Source: Octopus vulgaris
Lineage: Eukaryota
Direction of reading: 5' to 3'
NCBI GenBank assembly: GCA_951406725.2
Contig: OX597823.1
Span: 18,786,001-18,850,000, forward strand
DNA: 64,000 bases
Shown: one piece after another, positions 1 to 12,555 of the stretch
Position numbering within the stretch: position 1 is the first letter of the stretch
How the letters are laid out: every line of letters starts with the position of its first letter
The notes under the pieces: model-generated
Databases searched by the model: none
Seen by the model: only the letters and a program-made list of their open reading frames with translations
What the model was told of the DNA's origin: nothing
Made by a program: the position numbers and the translations under genes

Positions 1-31
<31 letters not shown>

Positions 32-121
32 TTACTACAAATACAGTCACCGACAATGCCGGCTATATCACCACCATCGCTACCACCACCACACGAGTAG
101 TGGTCGTGACGGTGGTGATGT

Positions 122-160
<39 letters not shown>

Positions 161-164
161 AAAT

Positions 165-196
<32 letters not shown>

Positions 197-435
197 TAGT
201 AGTAGCAGCAGCAGCAGTCGCAGCAGCAACCACAACATTACCACTAAAGGCCAGATAGATCACTTTTCTAATGGTGGCATAATTTTACTGCTATGTGTCC
301 TGGTTTGTTGTGATTACGCATGTCAGTGTTATTAAAGTGATTGTTGTTGTTGTTGTTGTCTTCTTCTTCTTCTTCTTCTTCTTCTTCTTCTTCTTCTTCT
401 TCTTCTTCTTCTTCTTTTTTTCTTCTTCTTCTTCC

Positions 436-872
436 AATCAGGACTCACGCCATTAGCCACAAAGTATAATCCCTAATTCGAGCCTAGTCTAAGCTACTAA
501 AAATGCGTGTGGCAACTTGGAGATCCACCCACCACACGCGATAGACTGGCGGTTGCACGGGAGCGAAAACCACGTTGGTCTCCTCATTCCGTAAACGGTG
601 GTTTTTAACGGGTGGAGAGCTGAACCATCCTGGGGTACAGAGGATTCGCAATCTAGACTAGGGTCTGAAAGTTTACCACACCATAGTGGGTTACACCATG
701 GCTCCTCTACTTTGTGGCAGAAGTAGGAAGAAAGGGTGAGAGAAAGTTGTGGTGAAAAAGTACAGCATGGTTCACTCCCCACCTCCGCCGGAGCCTCGTG
801 GATCTTAGGTGTTTTTTGCTCAATAAACACTCACAATGCTCCGTCTGGGAATCGAAACCGCGTTCTTACGAC
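436..872 (-). mobile_element. tRNA-derived SINE (head shared with the 40125 element, different 3' body, (GAA)n tail)
   Basis: 740-872 is the reverse complement of the head of 40125-40290 (B-box GGTTTCGATTCC). The body ends in the (TTC)n tract at 360-433, which is a (GAA)n tail on the minus strand. The 5' end is cut by the family B SINE at 875. Confidence 0.55.
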
Positions 873-874
873 CC

Positions 875-1094
875 ATTTCTTTATTACCCATAAGGGGCTA
901 AACATAGAAGGGACAAACAAGGACAGACATAGGTATTAAGTCGATTACATCGACCCCAGTGCGTAACTGGTACTAAATTTATCGACCCCGAAAGGATGAA
1001 AGCTAAAGTCGACCTCGGCGGAATTTGAACTCACAACGTAACGGCAGACGAAATACCGCTAAGCATTTCGCCCGACGTGCTAACGTTTCTGCCA
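875..1094 (-). mobile_element. tRNA-derived SINE family B
   Basis: Minus strand reads GGCAGAAACGTTAGC...GAGTTCAAATTCCGCCGAGGTCGACTTT...TTCATCCTTTCGGGGTCGATAAA...AATAAAGAAAT. More than 15 related copies in the window. The central block resembles the Meta/MESC SINE domain (from memory). Confidence 0.85.
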
Positions 1095-1149
1095 CTGGGC
1101 TGCTGCTGTTGTAATCGTTCTTATTATAACTATAATAATAACTATAACT

Positions 1150-1332
1150 AGCAGAACTGTTAGCACGCCGGACAAAATGCTAAGCAGCGCTTCGTCCGTC
1201 TTTACGTTCTGAGTTCAAATTCAGGCGAAGTCGAATTTGCTTTTCATCCTTTCGGGGTCAATAAATTAAACACCTGTCAAGTACTCCCCCTTCGCCAACC
1301 AAAACTGCTGGCCCTGTGCTAAAATTTGAAAC
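1150..1332 (+). mobile_element. SINE family B, diverged copy with alternative 3' end
   Basis: Same GAGTTCAAATT...TTTCATCCTTTCGGGGTC core as 875-1094. Confidence 0.7.
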
Positions 1333-1358
1333 CGCAGAAGTTATTATTAAGGTAGTGG

Positions 1359-1403
<45 letters not shown>

Positions 1404-1794
1404 CTTGGTACAATGACCAAACTACTATTTATGAAGCTGAAGAATACTGAAATTGCAGAAAAGGGCCATCCTGTCTTCTTCAAGTATCCTAAGAAAGAAA
1501 GATTCTCGGGATTTGATGAGACTTGTTGTCACCAAAATCATATTCTTCCTAATTAAATTAGTTCTAATAGCTTTTGAATAGTGATACCAGCAACAACAAC
1601 AACAACAACAGCAACAACAGTAATTTAAGCGCAAAGCTAGTCATTTTTGAGGGAAGCGGGTTTAGCGCAAATCATCGATCTCGGTACTTGACGGAGACTT
1701 TATTTTATCGATCTCAGAAGAGATGAAAGGCATTTTTTCCGACACGCCAAAGATCCTGCCATCTCGCCGCCCAAATAACAACAACAACAAAAAT

Positions 1795-1875
1795 GATAGT
1801 GATGATGATGATGATGTTAATAATAATAATAATAATAATAATATTAATAATAATAATAATGATGATAATAATAAT

Positions 1876-1931
<56 letters not shown>

Positions 1932-1944
1932 TGATAATAATAAT

Positions 1945-2009
<65 letters not shown>

Positions 2010-2017
2010 TGATGATG

Positions 2018-2078
<61 letters not shown>
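1795..2078. repeat. (TAA)n/(TGA)n microsatellite
   Basis: Directly visible. Explains the poly-N and poly-I ORFs. Confidence 0.95.
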
Positions 2079-2079
<1 letters not shown>

Positions 2080-2175
2080 CATCAGAGCATCACAACAAAT
2101 CACAGCACATACCCAAGGCACACAGAGCTGCGCTCGGTAGTGAAGTGAAAGCACGCTATAAAAATAAAACTACTG
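2079..2175 (+). mobile_element. 3' UTR-only copy of R4/Dong-type LINE (family Dong-B) in (TAA)n
   Basis: Essentially identical to 57959-58055, which follows an RLE-coding C-terminus. Flanked by TAA repeats on both sides. Confidence 0.85.
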
Positions 2176-2225
2176 AATAATAATAATAATAATAATAAAG
2201 AAAAAGTACATGAGAAAGCAGATGA

Positions 2226-2450
2226 AAATATGAAGAGGAATATATTTCTATCGTACACGCATATATTTCACAGCAGAACTTCAACCCGGAACGAACTACG
2301 ATAATAAACTTGTATAAAATTTGGAGAGAAAATAACTTGGATTTAAATGTAACGTTGGATCCTAACATACTAGCTTATTTAAGAAGATATATAAACTTGG
2401 AGTCAAAACAAATATCAGAAGCGGAAATATAACAATTGAAACAAAAAATA
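2226..2450 (+). pseudogene. Degenerate N-terminal fragment of an R4/Dong-type ORF
   Basis: Translates KYEEEYISIVHAY...NPERTTIINLYKIWRENN...LDPNILAYLRRYI...ISEAEI*QLK. Resembles the N-terminal Myb-like region of R4/Dong proteins (recognition from memory). Adjacent to a TAA tract. Confidence 0.4.
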
Positions 2451-2725
2451 TATTGGAATATTACCAAGTTATAATGGATGAAAAATAATTATTTCCTTTT
2501 TTTTTTTTTTTCCTCATTATTTTGCAGGCCGCAAACTTCGGAACATATGGAGACAACCGAAAACGCAAACCTATTTTATAAAGGTGTATTTGTGTGTGTG
2601 TGTGCATATATATTCAGATGAATATGGCACTTAAGTTGAGGCAACAAAATTTAGTACGGTATTATCCATACAATTTCAAATAAGGTGATTAAAATCAAAA
2701 TAAGCAAGAAGGATATCCAGAGGTA

Positions 2726-2819
2726 ATGCAGTACAATCGTTTCATGCAACTCCATTTAATTGAACAATGCAATCATTTTATTACATCAACTTAAAATGTA
2801 GAGCAATCTTCAGCTGCAC
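2726..2819 (-). ncRNA. Minimal type I hammerhead ribozyme motif with extended stem II
   Basis: Minus strand: TGCAG-CTGAAGA-TTGC...GCAT-GAAAC-GATT-GTA-CTGCA. Intact core, perfect 5-bp stem I, GUA cleavage triplet. Confidence 0.6.
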
Positions 2820-2942
2820 AAAGATATAGAATTTAATTAAATTAGAACAGATGGACACATTAGTATAATTTTACCTAAGATCTCCAAGAAGTTAAGGAGA
2901 TAGACAAAGAACATGTACCTACAACATCATAGTTGTAACATC

Positions 2943-3362
2943 TCTTTTACTCTTTACTCTTTTACTTGTTTCAGTCATTTGACTACGGCCATGCTGGAAC
3001 ACCGCCTTTAGTCGAGCAACTCGACCCCAGGACTTATTCTTTGTAAGCCTAGTACTTATTCTATCGGTCTCTTTTGCCGAACCGCTAAGTTACGGGGATA
3101 TAAACACACCAGCATCGGTTGTAGAGCGATGTTGGGGGGACAAACACAGACACACATACACACACACATACACATTCATATACATATATACATATATACG
3201 ACGAGCTTCTTTCAGTTTCCGTCTACCAAATCCACTCACAAGGCTTTGGTCGGCCCGAGGCTATAGTAGAAGACACTTGCCCAAGGTGCCACGCAGTGAG
3301 ACTGAACCCGGAACCATGTGGTTGGTAAACAAGCTTCTTACCACACAGCCACTCCTGCGCCT
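2943..3362 (-). mobile_element. tRNA-derived SINE family A (internal microsatellite, (TAAAAGAG)n tail)
   Basis: Minus strand starts GGCGCAGGAGTGGCTGTGTGGTAAG (A-box), then GGTTCAGTC (B-box), CACCTTGGGCAAGTGTCTT (CORE-like), a central TA/TG tract and the tail GACTGAAACAAGTAAAAGAG. Confidence 0.9.
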
Positions 3363-3672
3363 ATATATTAGCGTTTTAGCGCCTATATGTTAGCGTTTAG
3401 GAAAACGTGGGCACCTTTTCAACCAGTCTCACACGGACTGCTCACAAACACTTCGGAACTGAACATTTTGAACATCTGAATGTGTAGTAGGTGGAAGAAG
3501 AAGATGATCAGAATTATAACATGTCACCTTTGTTGGCTGGGTTAATCTTTTCCGTTTTCTGTTTTATTTTATATCTATAAATAACTTGTAAGCATGTATG
3601 TATGTATGTATGTATGTATGAATGTATGTATGTATGTATGTATGTATGTATGTATGTATGTATGTATGTATG

Positions 3673-3703
<31 letters not shown>

Positions 3704-3740
3704 GCATGTATGTATGTATGTATGTATGTATGTAAGCATG

Positions 3741-3787
<47 letters not shown>

Positions 3788-3791
3788 GTGT

Positions 3792-4114
3792 GAAGGCGCG
3801 TGGCTTAGAGGTTAGGGCATTCGGCTCACGATTGTTACGTCGTGAGTTCGATTCCCGGCGACGCGTTGTGTCCTTGAGCAAGACACTTTATTTCACGTTG
3901 CTTCAGTCCACTCAGCTGGCAAAAATGAGTTGTACTTGTATTTCAGAGGGCCGGCCTTGTCACACTCTGTGTCACGCCGCATCTCCCTGAGAACTACGTT
4001 AAGGGGACACGTGTCTGTGGAGTGCTCAGCCACTTGCGCGTTAATTTCACGAGCAGTCTGTACCGTTGATCGTATCAGCCGGGACCCTCGTCGTTGTAAC
4101 CGACGGAGTGCTCC
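3792..4114 (+). mobile_element. tRNA-derived SINE family C
   Basis: GGCGCGTGGCTTAGAGGTTAGG A-box, GAGTTCGATTCC B-box, GTGTCCTTGAGCAAGACACTT core, 3' end CGTCGTTGTAACCGACGGAGTGC. Related copies at 7147, 14848 and 40125. Confidence 0.85.
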
Positions 4115-4768
4115 TATTATGTATGTATGTATGTATGTATGTATGTATGTATGCATGTATGTATGTATGTATGTATGTGTGTATGTATGTATGTATGTAT
4201 GTATGTACGTATGTATGTATATATGTATGTACGTACGTACGTACGTATGTATGTATGTATGTACGTACGTACGCACACATGCATGTATGTATGTATGTAT
4301 GTATGTATGCATGCATGCATGCATGCATGTATGTATGTATGTATGTATGTATGTATGTATGTATGTATGTATGTATGTATGTATTTGTTTCTGCCCACGT
4401 TTTGTAAGCCCTTTTGTCACAAGTCATTTTATGAATGAATGGACGCTGATAGCAAAGTCAAAGAAATGACTGAAGTTCCACTTTAGCAATATACAAAGAA
4501 GACTAGTGGTGATTAGGAGCAATGATGTCCACGGAGAAACCCTCGGCAGCGACGAAAACAAACTGGCTAGACACTGCAGGGGAATTTTGGGGTCGGGGAC
4601 TACTAGAGATAATTTCCAAATATCTTCGGCTTGGCTGTGCTGCTGATGAGCACTACCTTTTGGAGATCGATAAATTAAGTAATACTGGGATCGATGTAAT
4701 TGGCTAGTCCTCTCCCCACAAATTTCAGACATTGTGCCTATAGTGGAACGGAATAATTTAATTATTAT

Positions 4769-4932
4769 GCGTAGGAGTGGCTGTGTGGTAAGTAGCTTGC
4801 TTACGAACCGCATGGTACCGGGTTAAGTCCCACTGCGTGGCACCTTGGGCAAGTATCTTCTACTATAGCCTTGGGCCGACCTAAGCCTTGTGAGTGGATT
4901 TGGTAGACGGAAACTGAAAAAAGCCCGTCGTA

Positions 4933-4985
<53 letters not shown>

Positions 4986-5463
4986 ATATACATATAAAGT
5001 TAATCCAAACATGAAAACACAAAGAGAAAACACAACAACGCGAGGACGTGGAACAAGTATAGTGTTATTAGATGCTCAGGAAAGGAAAGAGAGAAGGATG
5101 ATTTAACGTTTCGAGCGGAGCTCTTCGTCAGAAACATAGGAAAACGAAAGATCCAAGGAAGGGAAGACGGAGGGAAAAAAATCGCCAACGGTACACACGT
5201 GGTCACATTTTGAATAAATATATACGTGTATGTATGTATGTATGTGTGTGTGTGTATGTTTGTGTGTCTCTGTTTGCCCCCCCCCAACATCGCTTGACAA
5301 CTGATGCTGGTGTGTTTACGTCCCCGTAACTTAGCGGTTCGGCAAAAGAGATCGATAGAATAAGTACTAGGCTTACAAAGAATAAATCCTGGGGTCGATT
5401 TGCTCGACTGAAGGCGGTGCTCCAGCATGGCCGCAGTCAAATGACTGAAACAAGTAAAGGAGT
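4769..5463 (+). mobile_element. SINE family A with a hammerhead-bearing element nested in its central microsatellite
   Basis: Head 4769-4932 and 3' half ~5260-5463 match family A. 4996-5214 is foreign sequence. Confidence 0.85.
4996..5214 (-). mobile_element. ~220 bp hammerhead-containing element (probable Penelope-like solo pLTR)
   Basis: Second copy with the same boundaries at 19705-19921. Minus strand contains GTTT-CTGACGA-A-GAGC-TCC-GCTC-GAAACGTT-AAA at 5101-5135. Confidence 0.7.
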
Positions 5464-5520
5464 ATTATTTATCTGACTAAAATGAGAGAGAGAGAGAGAG
5501 AGAGCCCCTACCCAGCTACC

Positions 5521-5634
5521 TAGTACTTATTTTATCGGTCTCTTTAGCCGAACCGCTAAGTTATGTGGACGTAAACAGACTAGCATCAGTTGTCAAGCGA
5601 TGTTGGCTGGACAAACACATACACACATGCATGC

Positions 5635-5719
<85 letters not shown>

Positions 5720-5816
5720 CATATATACGACAGGCTTCATTCAGTTTCTGTCCACCAAATCCACTCACAAGGCTTTGGTCGGTCCGATGCTATAGTAGAA
5801 GACACCTACCCAAGGT
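5521..5816 (-). mobile_element. SINE family A internal fragment
   Basis: Matches family A on both sides of a central (TA)n. Head and tail missing. Confidence 0.8.
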
Positions 5817-6561
5817 GGAAGAATGAACTCTAGATACAAAGGTTTAGTGGTAAATATGGAAAAAGATACCCTATTTGGAAACAGGTAAGGCATAGCAGCC
5901 TACAATCTAAAGCTAACAGCCAGATGTACACGGCTTACAGGTGAAAGTATTGGAAGAACTAGGGTGGATGTAAAGACTTGTTGAAAGAGTCATTCGATGA
6001 CTAACGACAAACCCTCACACGATACCGAGTAAGAGGAACGTCTTTGAAGCCAACGACAAATTTCCCCGAATTCATGATTGCTTACCATCTATAGAAATGA
6101 TGACCATGGGTGTTATGAGGCAACGCAAGCTTTTGATGACAACCAAACAATAGTGATTATTAGTATTGCTATTGGTATTCGTGATAAAGATTGTCATTTA
6201 TGAATAGCATCATCATGTTACCGAAGACTGTGCCTTTCGATTTTCGTGTGACATGTTTTGACAATAACAGAATGTAATATTCTCATAAACCCTCCATTGA
6301 TTGCAGTTAGCTCAACGTAGGTACCCCGACCCCGCCAAAAAAGGGCTTTTGTTACAATTGATAATGATGGTTGTTGTTGTTGTGGTGGTGGTGGTAGTGG
6401 TGGTGGTGGTGGTGGTAGTGGTGGTGGTGGTGGTGGTGGTGGTGGTGGTGGTGGTGGCGGTGGTGGTGGTGATGGCTGCGTTTTAGAAGAGAGACTATAG
6501 TAGGTTGCATCTGCTCCAGTCATGCAACTCCTTTTAAGAGACCCCAGAGAGAAAGCATGGC

Positions 6562-6657
6562 TGAGAGGGATTGAACTTAGAATCTAAAGTGGTCTAACTT
6601 GCTACTACACTAATCTCCCCCACCTCACAGTCTCTCTCTTCCTCTCTCTCTGACTTT

Positions 6658-6690
<33 letters not shown>

Positions 6691-7062
6691 TCTTATATAT
6701 ATTCTACTTATTGTATAACATTACTCTTTTATGTACACTTTTTTATGTATACTCCTTTATGTACACTGTTTTGCTCTACTTTTTTATGCTTAACCCTATA
6801 GTTTCTTATGTGGTGGTTTAATAAAGTATGTGATTGGGTATTATCTGGTAATTGATATTTGATTTAGATGTATTTCTCCATTTTCTTATTTTGTATTATG
6901 AATCTGTGGTAAAACATTTTACCTTTGCCCATATAATACAGTAAATGAATTGATTGCATCGCAATCATTAACATTTATGTGTTAACCTTGTTGGGTACTT
7001 CACTAGCAGTATATTGGATATATGTTATCCCATGGAGGGTTGCATTTACAACCCCTATCTCA
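6562..7062 (+). mobile_element. Candidate solo LTR
   Basis: Begins TGAGAGGGATTG and ends CAACCCCTATCTCA (TG...CA, imperfect terminal inverted repeat), ~500 bp, internal AATAAA near 6820. No convincing TSD. Confidence 0.35.
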
Positions 7063-7065
7063 ATT

Positions 7066-7117
<52 letters not shown>

Positions 7118-7146
7118 CACACATACACACACACATATATATACAT

Positions 7147-7460
7147 AGCACTCCGTCGGTTACGACGAAGAGGGTCCCAGTTGATCCGATCACCGGAACA
7201 GCCTGCTCGTGAAATTAACGTGGAAGTGGCTGAGCACTCCACAGACACGTGTACTCTTAACGTAGTTCTCAGAGAAATTCAGCATGACAAGGCTAGCCCT
7301 TTGAAACACAGGTACTTCACATTTTTGCCAGCTGAGTAGACTGGACTGGAGCAACGAGAAATAAAGTGTCTTGGTCAAAGACAGAATGCACTGCCGGGAT
7401 TCGAACTCACGACCTTACGATCGTGGGCCCAATACCCTAACCACTGGGCCACGCACCTTC
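7147..7460 (-). mobile_element. SINE family C
   Basis: Reverse-complement match to 3792-4114 from head to tail. Confidence 0.85.
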
Positions 7461-7529
7461 AGTTTTAGACACACACACACACAGATATATACACACACAC
7501 ACACATATCTACAAATCTATATATATAGA

Positions 7530-7952
7530 TTGTGTCTGTGTTTGTACCCCCATCATCACTTGACAACCGATGGTGGCGTGTCTATGTCCCCGTAAATTAG
7601 CGGTTCGGCAAAAGTGACCGATAGAATAAAAACTAGGCTTACAAACAATAAGACATGGGGGTCGATTTGTCCGACTAAAGGCGGTGCTCCATCATGGCCG
7701 CAGTCAAAGACATCCAATGAACCGGGTGGCGGGTTAAGTCTACCATTCAAGAAAGTCTAATAAAGCTTCGTTGACTAATAATAATAAAATCTACAGAAAC
7801 AAACACAAATACATCTACCAAATCTACTCACATGGCTTTGGTCGGCCCGAGGCTATAGCAGAAGACACTTGCCCACGATGCCACGCAGTGGGACTGAACC
7901 CGGAACCATGTGGTTGGTAAGCAAGCTACTTACCACACAGCCACTCCTGCGC
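7530..7952. mobile_element. Two SINE family A fragments (3' half on +, 7530-7712; head on -, 7815-7952)
   Basis: Sequence match to family A. Confidence 0.75.
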
Positions 7953-8317
7953 ATATATATATATATATGTATGCATCTATGTATGTATGTATGTATGTAT
8001 GTATGTATGTATGTATGTATGTATGTATGTATGTATGCATGTGTGTATGTATGTATGTATGTATGTATGTGTGTATGTATGTATGTATGTATGTATGTAT
8101 GTATGTATATATATGTATGCTGGAACCTCCTGTTGAATATGATGTATGCGTGTCCGGTCTTTGCTGAACGACTTGCACCTATACATACGTACATACATAC
8201 ATACATACATACATACATACATACATACATACATACATGTGTACATACACACATGCATACGTTCGTGCATACATATATGTATACATATCAACATGCATAT
8301 AAACATACCAATATGCT

Positions 8318-8371
<54 letters not shown>

Positions 8372-8457
8372 TGTATGTATGTATGTATGTATGTATGTAT
8401 GTATGTGTGTGTGTATGTATGTAATGTATGTATGTATGTATGTATATATATATATGT

Positions 8458-8521
<64 letters not shown>

Positions 8522-8941
8522 ACACATATATAGACGCATACTTGGATGCACATAGGTGTATATTGCGCATAGGTGTAACACACCTATGCGCTTTCGTATT
8601 TCCCAGTTGCATCGAACTGCATATATAAGCATTGTATATGTTATATATGAACTTAGATATTTAGATAGCACACATTTGTGTTTGTGTATAGATGTATATA
8701 ATCATACCACACACTGCGCACGCACCTTTATACACACAAACGCACACACACACACACATCGTAAGTGTAACATGCCTCCACACAGATACATACACAACCC
8801 TAAATATGTATGTATGTATGTATGTATGTATGAATGTATGTATGAATGTATGTATGTATGTATGTATGTATGTATGTATGTATGTATGTATGTATGTATG
8901 TATGTATGTATGCATATGCACACGCACGTGTATGTATCTGC

Positions 8942-9010
<69 letters not shown>

Positions 9011-9336
9011 CATACATACATACATACATACATACATACATACATACATACATACATACAAACCAACACCTTTCGTCCTTTCGCTTATGAAGGCTATATT
9101 CATATTTCCCCCCCCCCCCACGATAAACATACATACACGCAACTGAGGGTAAGAATCGAACCCAAACGTGATGTTTTGCTATATCTACCTTATCAATCAG
9201 AGATCATAAAATCAATTTTTTTCATAAAAAGCGAGACAAAAACACTATATGTGCTGTTATTTTTGTTGTTTTTGTTGTTGTAAACGCCGATCGAGGAGAA
9301 CTATTGATCAAGACAAGCTAACTGTGGCCACCCTGT

Positions 9337-9383
<47 letters not shown>

Positions 9384-10764
9384 CACTTTAGATACACTAT
9401 GCTATTCTCACTGTATGGTATTTATTTTGTTGCTGTTGACAAGATAATAAGGGTGTGATTTTGCAGGAAGTTAGGCTGCTATTTTTAGCAAACAGGTCGA
9501 CCACATAGAGTTCTTTGCTGCTCTTTCTACTACTGGTGGTGGTGGTGGTGGTGGTGGTGGTGGTGCTACTGCTGTTGTTGTTTTTGTTCTATAGCCCCAG
9601 TTAATCTCCGGTTGAGAAAACCTTTGAAGAGAAGCCTTTCCACCCATGAATGGCGATACCGCTTTAACCTAGATGTAACCAACTCATGGACGCATTACCC
9701 AATGTGTTCACTTAGTGCTTTTCTTTTTTCCTTTCTTTGAGACAAGATGTTATGATCTGCGGGAGATTTAGCCGTTAATACCAGCTGGTCGAACGACCCG
9801 GTCACATACGGGAGCTCACCACTCTCGTAAGAGGACAGGTTGTGCATTTATTGTTGTCGTCTAAGAGAGATTTGGCTGCTGCTATTTCTAGCGGGCGTTG
9901 CGACCACGTAGCGGCTTCCTCGTTGTTTACGAGGGAGACTAGAGCTGGCGAAAAGGTGTGTCGTCTATTTACTGAAAATAAACGCAAGTATGCGATGGAA
10001 ATGGCTGAACTTCGTGAAATAACAACGGCAAAAGTATATTAAAAAAAAAAACAATAGACTATATCGATAATTAGAAGTCATTGACTTACCTGTGATTAAT
10101 AGTACGATTTTTGATTGAGTTCCGAAGGTAATTCCTTTAGTCCGTTGTTATTTTGAAACGAGGTTTTGATGGGCATGTGTGAATATATATATATATTTAT
10201 GATTGAAACATAGATAGATAGATATATAGATAGATAGATAGATAGACAGATAGATAGATATGTATGTGTGTGTGTGCGTGTATGTATGTTGTGTATGTAA
10301 AGGCTTGAGTTTGGAGCGTGTATGCGACACAATCACACACGCGTGTTCAAACGTCAACACACTGAGAGACTCCAACGAGAAAAAATATATCTTTTTCTCT
10401 TTTTCTCTCTCTTTCCCTCCCCCACTGCAGATCTCTCACTGTTTCTTTATCTCTCTATTTCTATCCTCACTCTCCCACTGCCACTCTCTTTGCTCTTTCT
10501 CTCAATCTCGCTCTTTCTCCCTCCGTCTGTCTCCCACTCTCTCTCTCTCACTCTCTCTCTCTCTCTCTATGTCTTTCTCTTTCTCTTTCCTCTCTCACGC
10601 TGTTTCTATCTGTCTATCTCATCCCCCCATACGCATAGACAACCAGAAAATGAGAGAAAGAGAAAGAAAAAATATTCCAGTTGACAATTACTGTCAAGCG
10701 TTAGCGTGTGTATGTGTGTGCGTGTGTGCGTGTGTGCGTGTGTGCGTGTGTGTGTGAGAGAGAC

Positions 10765-10800
<36 letters not shown>

Positions 10801-10835
10801 TGTGTGTGTGTGAAAATTTAATGGAAATAAGTGCA

Positions 10836-10892
<57 letters not shown>

Positions 10893-11222
10893 GGTATCTG
10901 TGTGCGCATGTGTTTATATCTATGTGCATGCGTTCATGTTCGTATGTGCTTGCGTGTGCTCGTGCGTGCTTGTGTGAGCGTGCGCGTGCGCGCGTGCGTA
11001 TGCGTGTGCGCGTGTATTTGTGTGCGCGCGCGCGCGTCTTTCAAGAGGAAAAAATAAAGCAACAACCATAGTTTGCTTATTACGTGGATAATAAATATTA
11101 TGGACGAAAGAGAATCCAAGCAAAGCCGAATCGAAACAACAACAACAAAAACAACAACAATAATAATGATAATAATAACAATAACAATAACAATAATAAT
11201 GGTACTGACAATGATAATGATA

Positions 11223-11257
<35 letters not shown>

Positions 11258-11532
11258 ACCGTCAGTAATACATGAGGTAAAGAGTGAGAGGGAGATTGGT
11301 GATGGGGAGAGGTGTTGGTTTTTTTTTGGGCTTAGAGTTAGACGGTGCACGATGCTGCCTCTACTAGTGTTGTTAAAGCTCGCTTCTGCTGAGCATGTCT
11401 GACTGTCTGTCTGTCTGTCTGTCTGTCTGCTGGTCTAATGGCATGTATGCATGTATGCATGTATGTATGTATGTATGCATGCATCTATTTATGCAGGTAT
11501 GTATATATGTACATATGTATATGTGTATATAC

Positions 11533-11685
11533 TCTTTTACTCTTTTACTCTTTTACTCGTTTCAGTCATTTGACTGCGGCCATGCTGGAGCACCGCCTTT
11601 AATCGAGCAACTCGACCCCGGGACTTATTCTTTTGTAAGCCCAGTACTTATTCTATCGGTCTCTTTTGCCGAACCGCTAAGTGAC

Positions 11686-11690
<5 letters not shown>
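11533..11690 (-). mobile_element. SINE family A 3' half
   Basis: (CTCTTTTA)n tail and TCAGTCATTTGACTGCGGCCATGCTGGAGCACCGCC. Confidence 0.85.
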
Positions 11691-11768
<78 letters not shown>

Positions 11769-11769
<1 letters not shown>

Positions 11770-11958
11770 TTTATTTAAAGCAGCAGAAAATTCTGCAAAA
11801 CCTGTTACTCGGAGTTTCGCCGTTGCCGTTCGTCGAAACTCAGAGTAACAGGTTTTGTAGAATTTTCTGCTGCTTTAAATAAAGCATATTACTCTACCAC
11901 TGGTATTTGAGTACTCTTTTTTTTCCACCTTGTTTCACATTTATGTGTTTACTCCGGT
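11769..11958. mobile_element. Fold-back element (51-bp inverted arms plus unique extension) in (TA)n; probable inverted Penelope-like pLTR
   Basis: Arms 11769-11819 and 11834-11884 with 2 mismatches and a 14-nt loop. The loop region on the minus strand reads CGACGAACGGCAACGGCGAAAC, a hammerhead-like remnant. Confidence 0.6.
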
Positions 11959-11970
11959 ATATATATATAT

Positions 11971-12089
11971 ATCACCGTGATCACCGTGACCGACCAGACT
12001 ATCAGATGTTGCTACACATCGCTGGTCACAATGCGCTTTGCCTTGTTTTAGCCTTCAAATGACGCCACCCCGCTGGCTAAGCGAGCAGC

Positions 12090-12093
<4 letters not shown>
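11971..12093 (-). mobile_element. Short retroposon 3' end inserted in (TA)n
   Basis: Reverse-complement match to 52682-52803 with the same boundaries. Ends in a (CACGGTGAT)2 repeat. Both copies are flanked by TA repeats. Confidence 0.7.
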
Positions 12094-12124
<31 letters not shown>

Positions 12125-12280
12125 GTGCCTGCCTATGTATGGGTTTGTTTATATATGTGTGTGCGTGTGTGTATATATATGTGTATATATATATAAATAA
12201 ATATATATGCATATATATGTATGTATGTATGTACCTACGTATGTATGTGTGCGTGTGTGTATGCATAATATATATATATG

Positions 12281-12331
<51 letters not shown>

Positions 12332-12524
12332 ATGTACGTGTGTATGTATTTATGTACGTATATATAGAGATAGATAGATAGATAGAGATATGTACTTAGG
12401 TATGTACGTATGTATATGTGTGTGTGTGTATGTAACTGTGCATATGTCTGTAGCCTTGTATATATTGAACGTTTGTATGTTAGAGCAAGCAAGAAAGAGA
12501 GAGAGAGAGAGAGACAGACACAGA

Positions 12525-12555
<31 letters not shown>

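Noticed and set aside
2528-2583. Possible 56-nt exon after a strong polypyrimidine/CAG acceptor
   Set aside because: The donor is weak (AG|GTGTAT), the peptide is unrecognisable and no partner exons were found.
3792-3860. tRNA genes at SINE heads (also 18346, 40125, 53092, 55043)
   Set aside because: A/B boxes are present but the acceptor stems are not intact, and each continues into a multi-copy SINE body.
4390-4660. Possible RTE remnants here, at 5815-6030 and at 20500-20640
   Set aside because: Only a few residues of resemblance (e.g. WKNEL..KGL.VN, DQL..TD....L.A...WR); too decayed to call.
9470-9915. Three degenerate copies of a GGCTGCTATTTCTAGC...GACCAC motif
   Set aside because: Probably remnants of an old dispersed repeat; boundaries and class cannot be defined.
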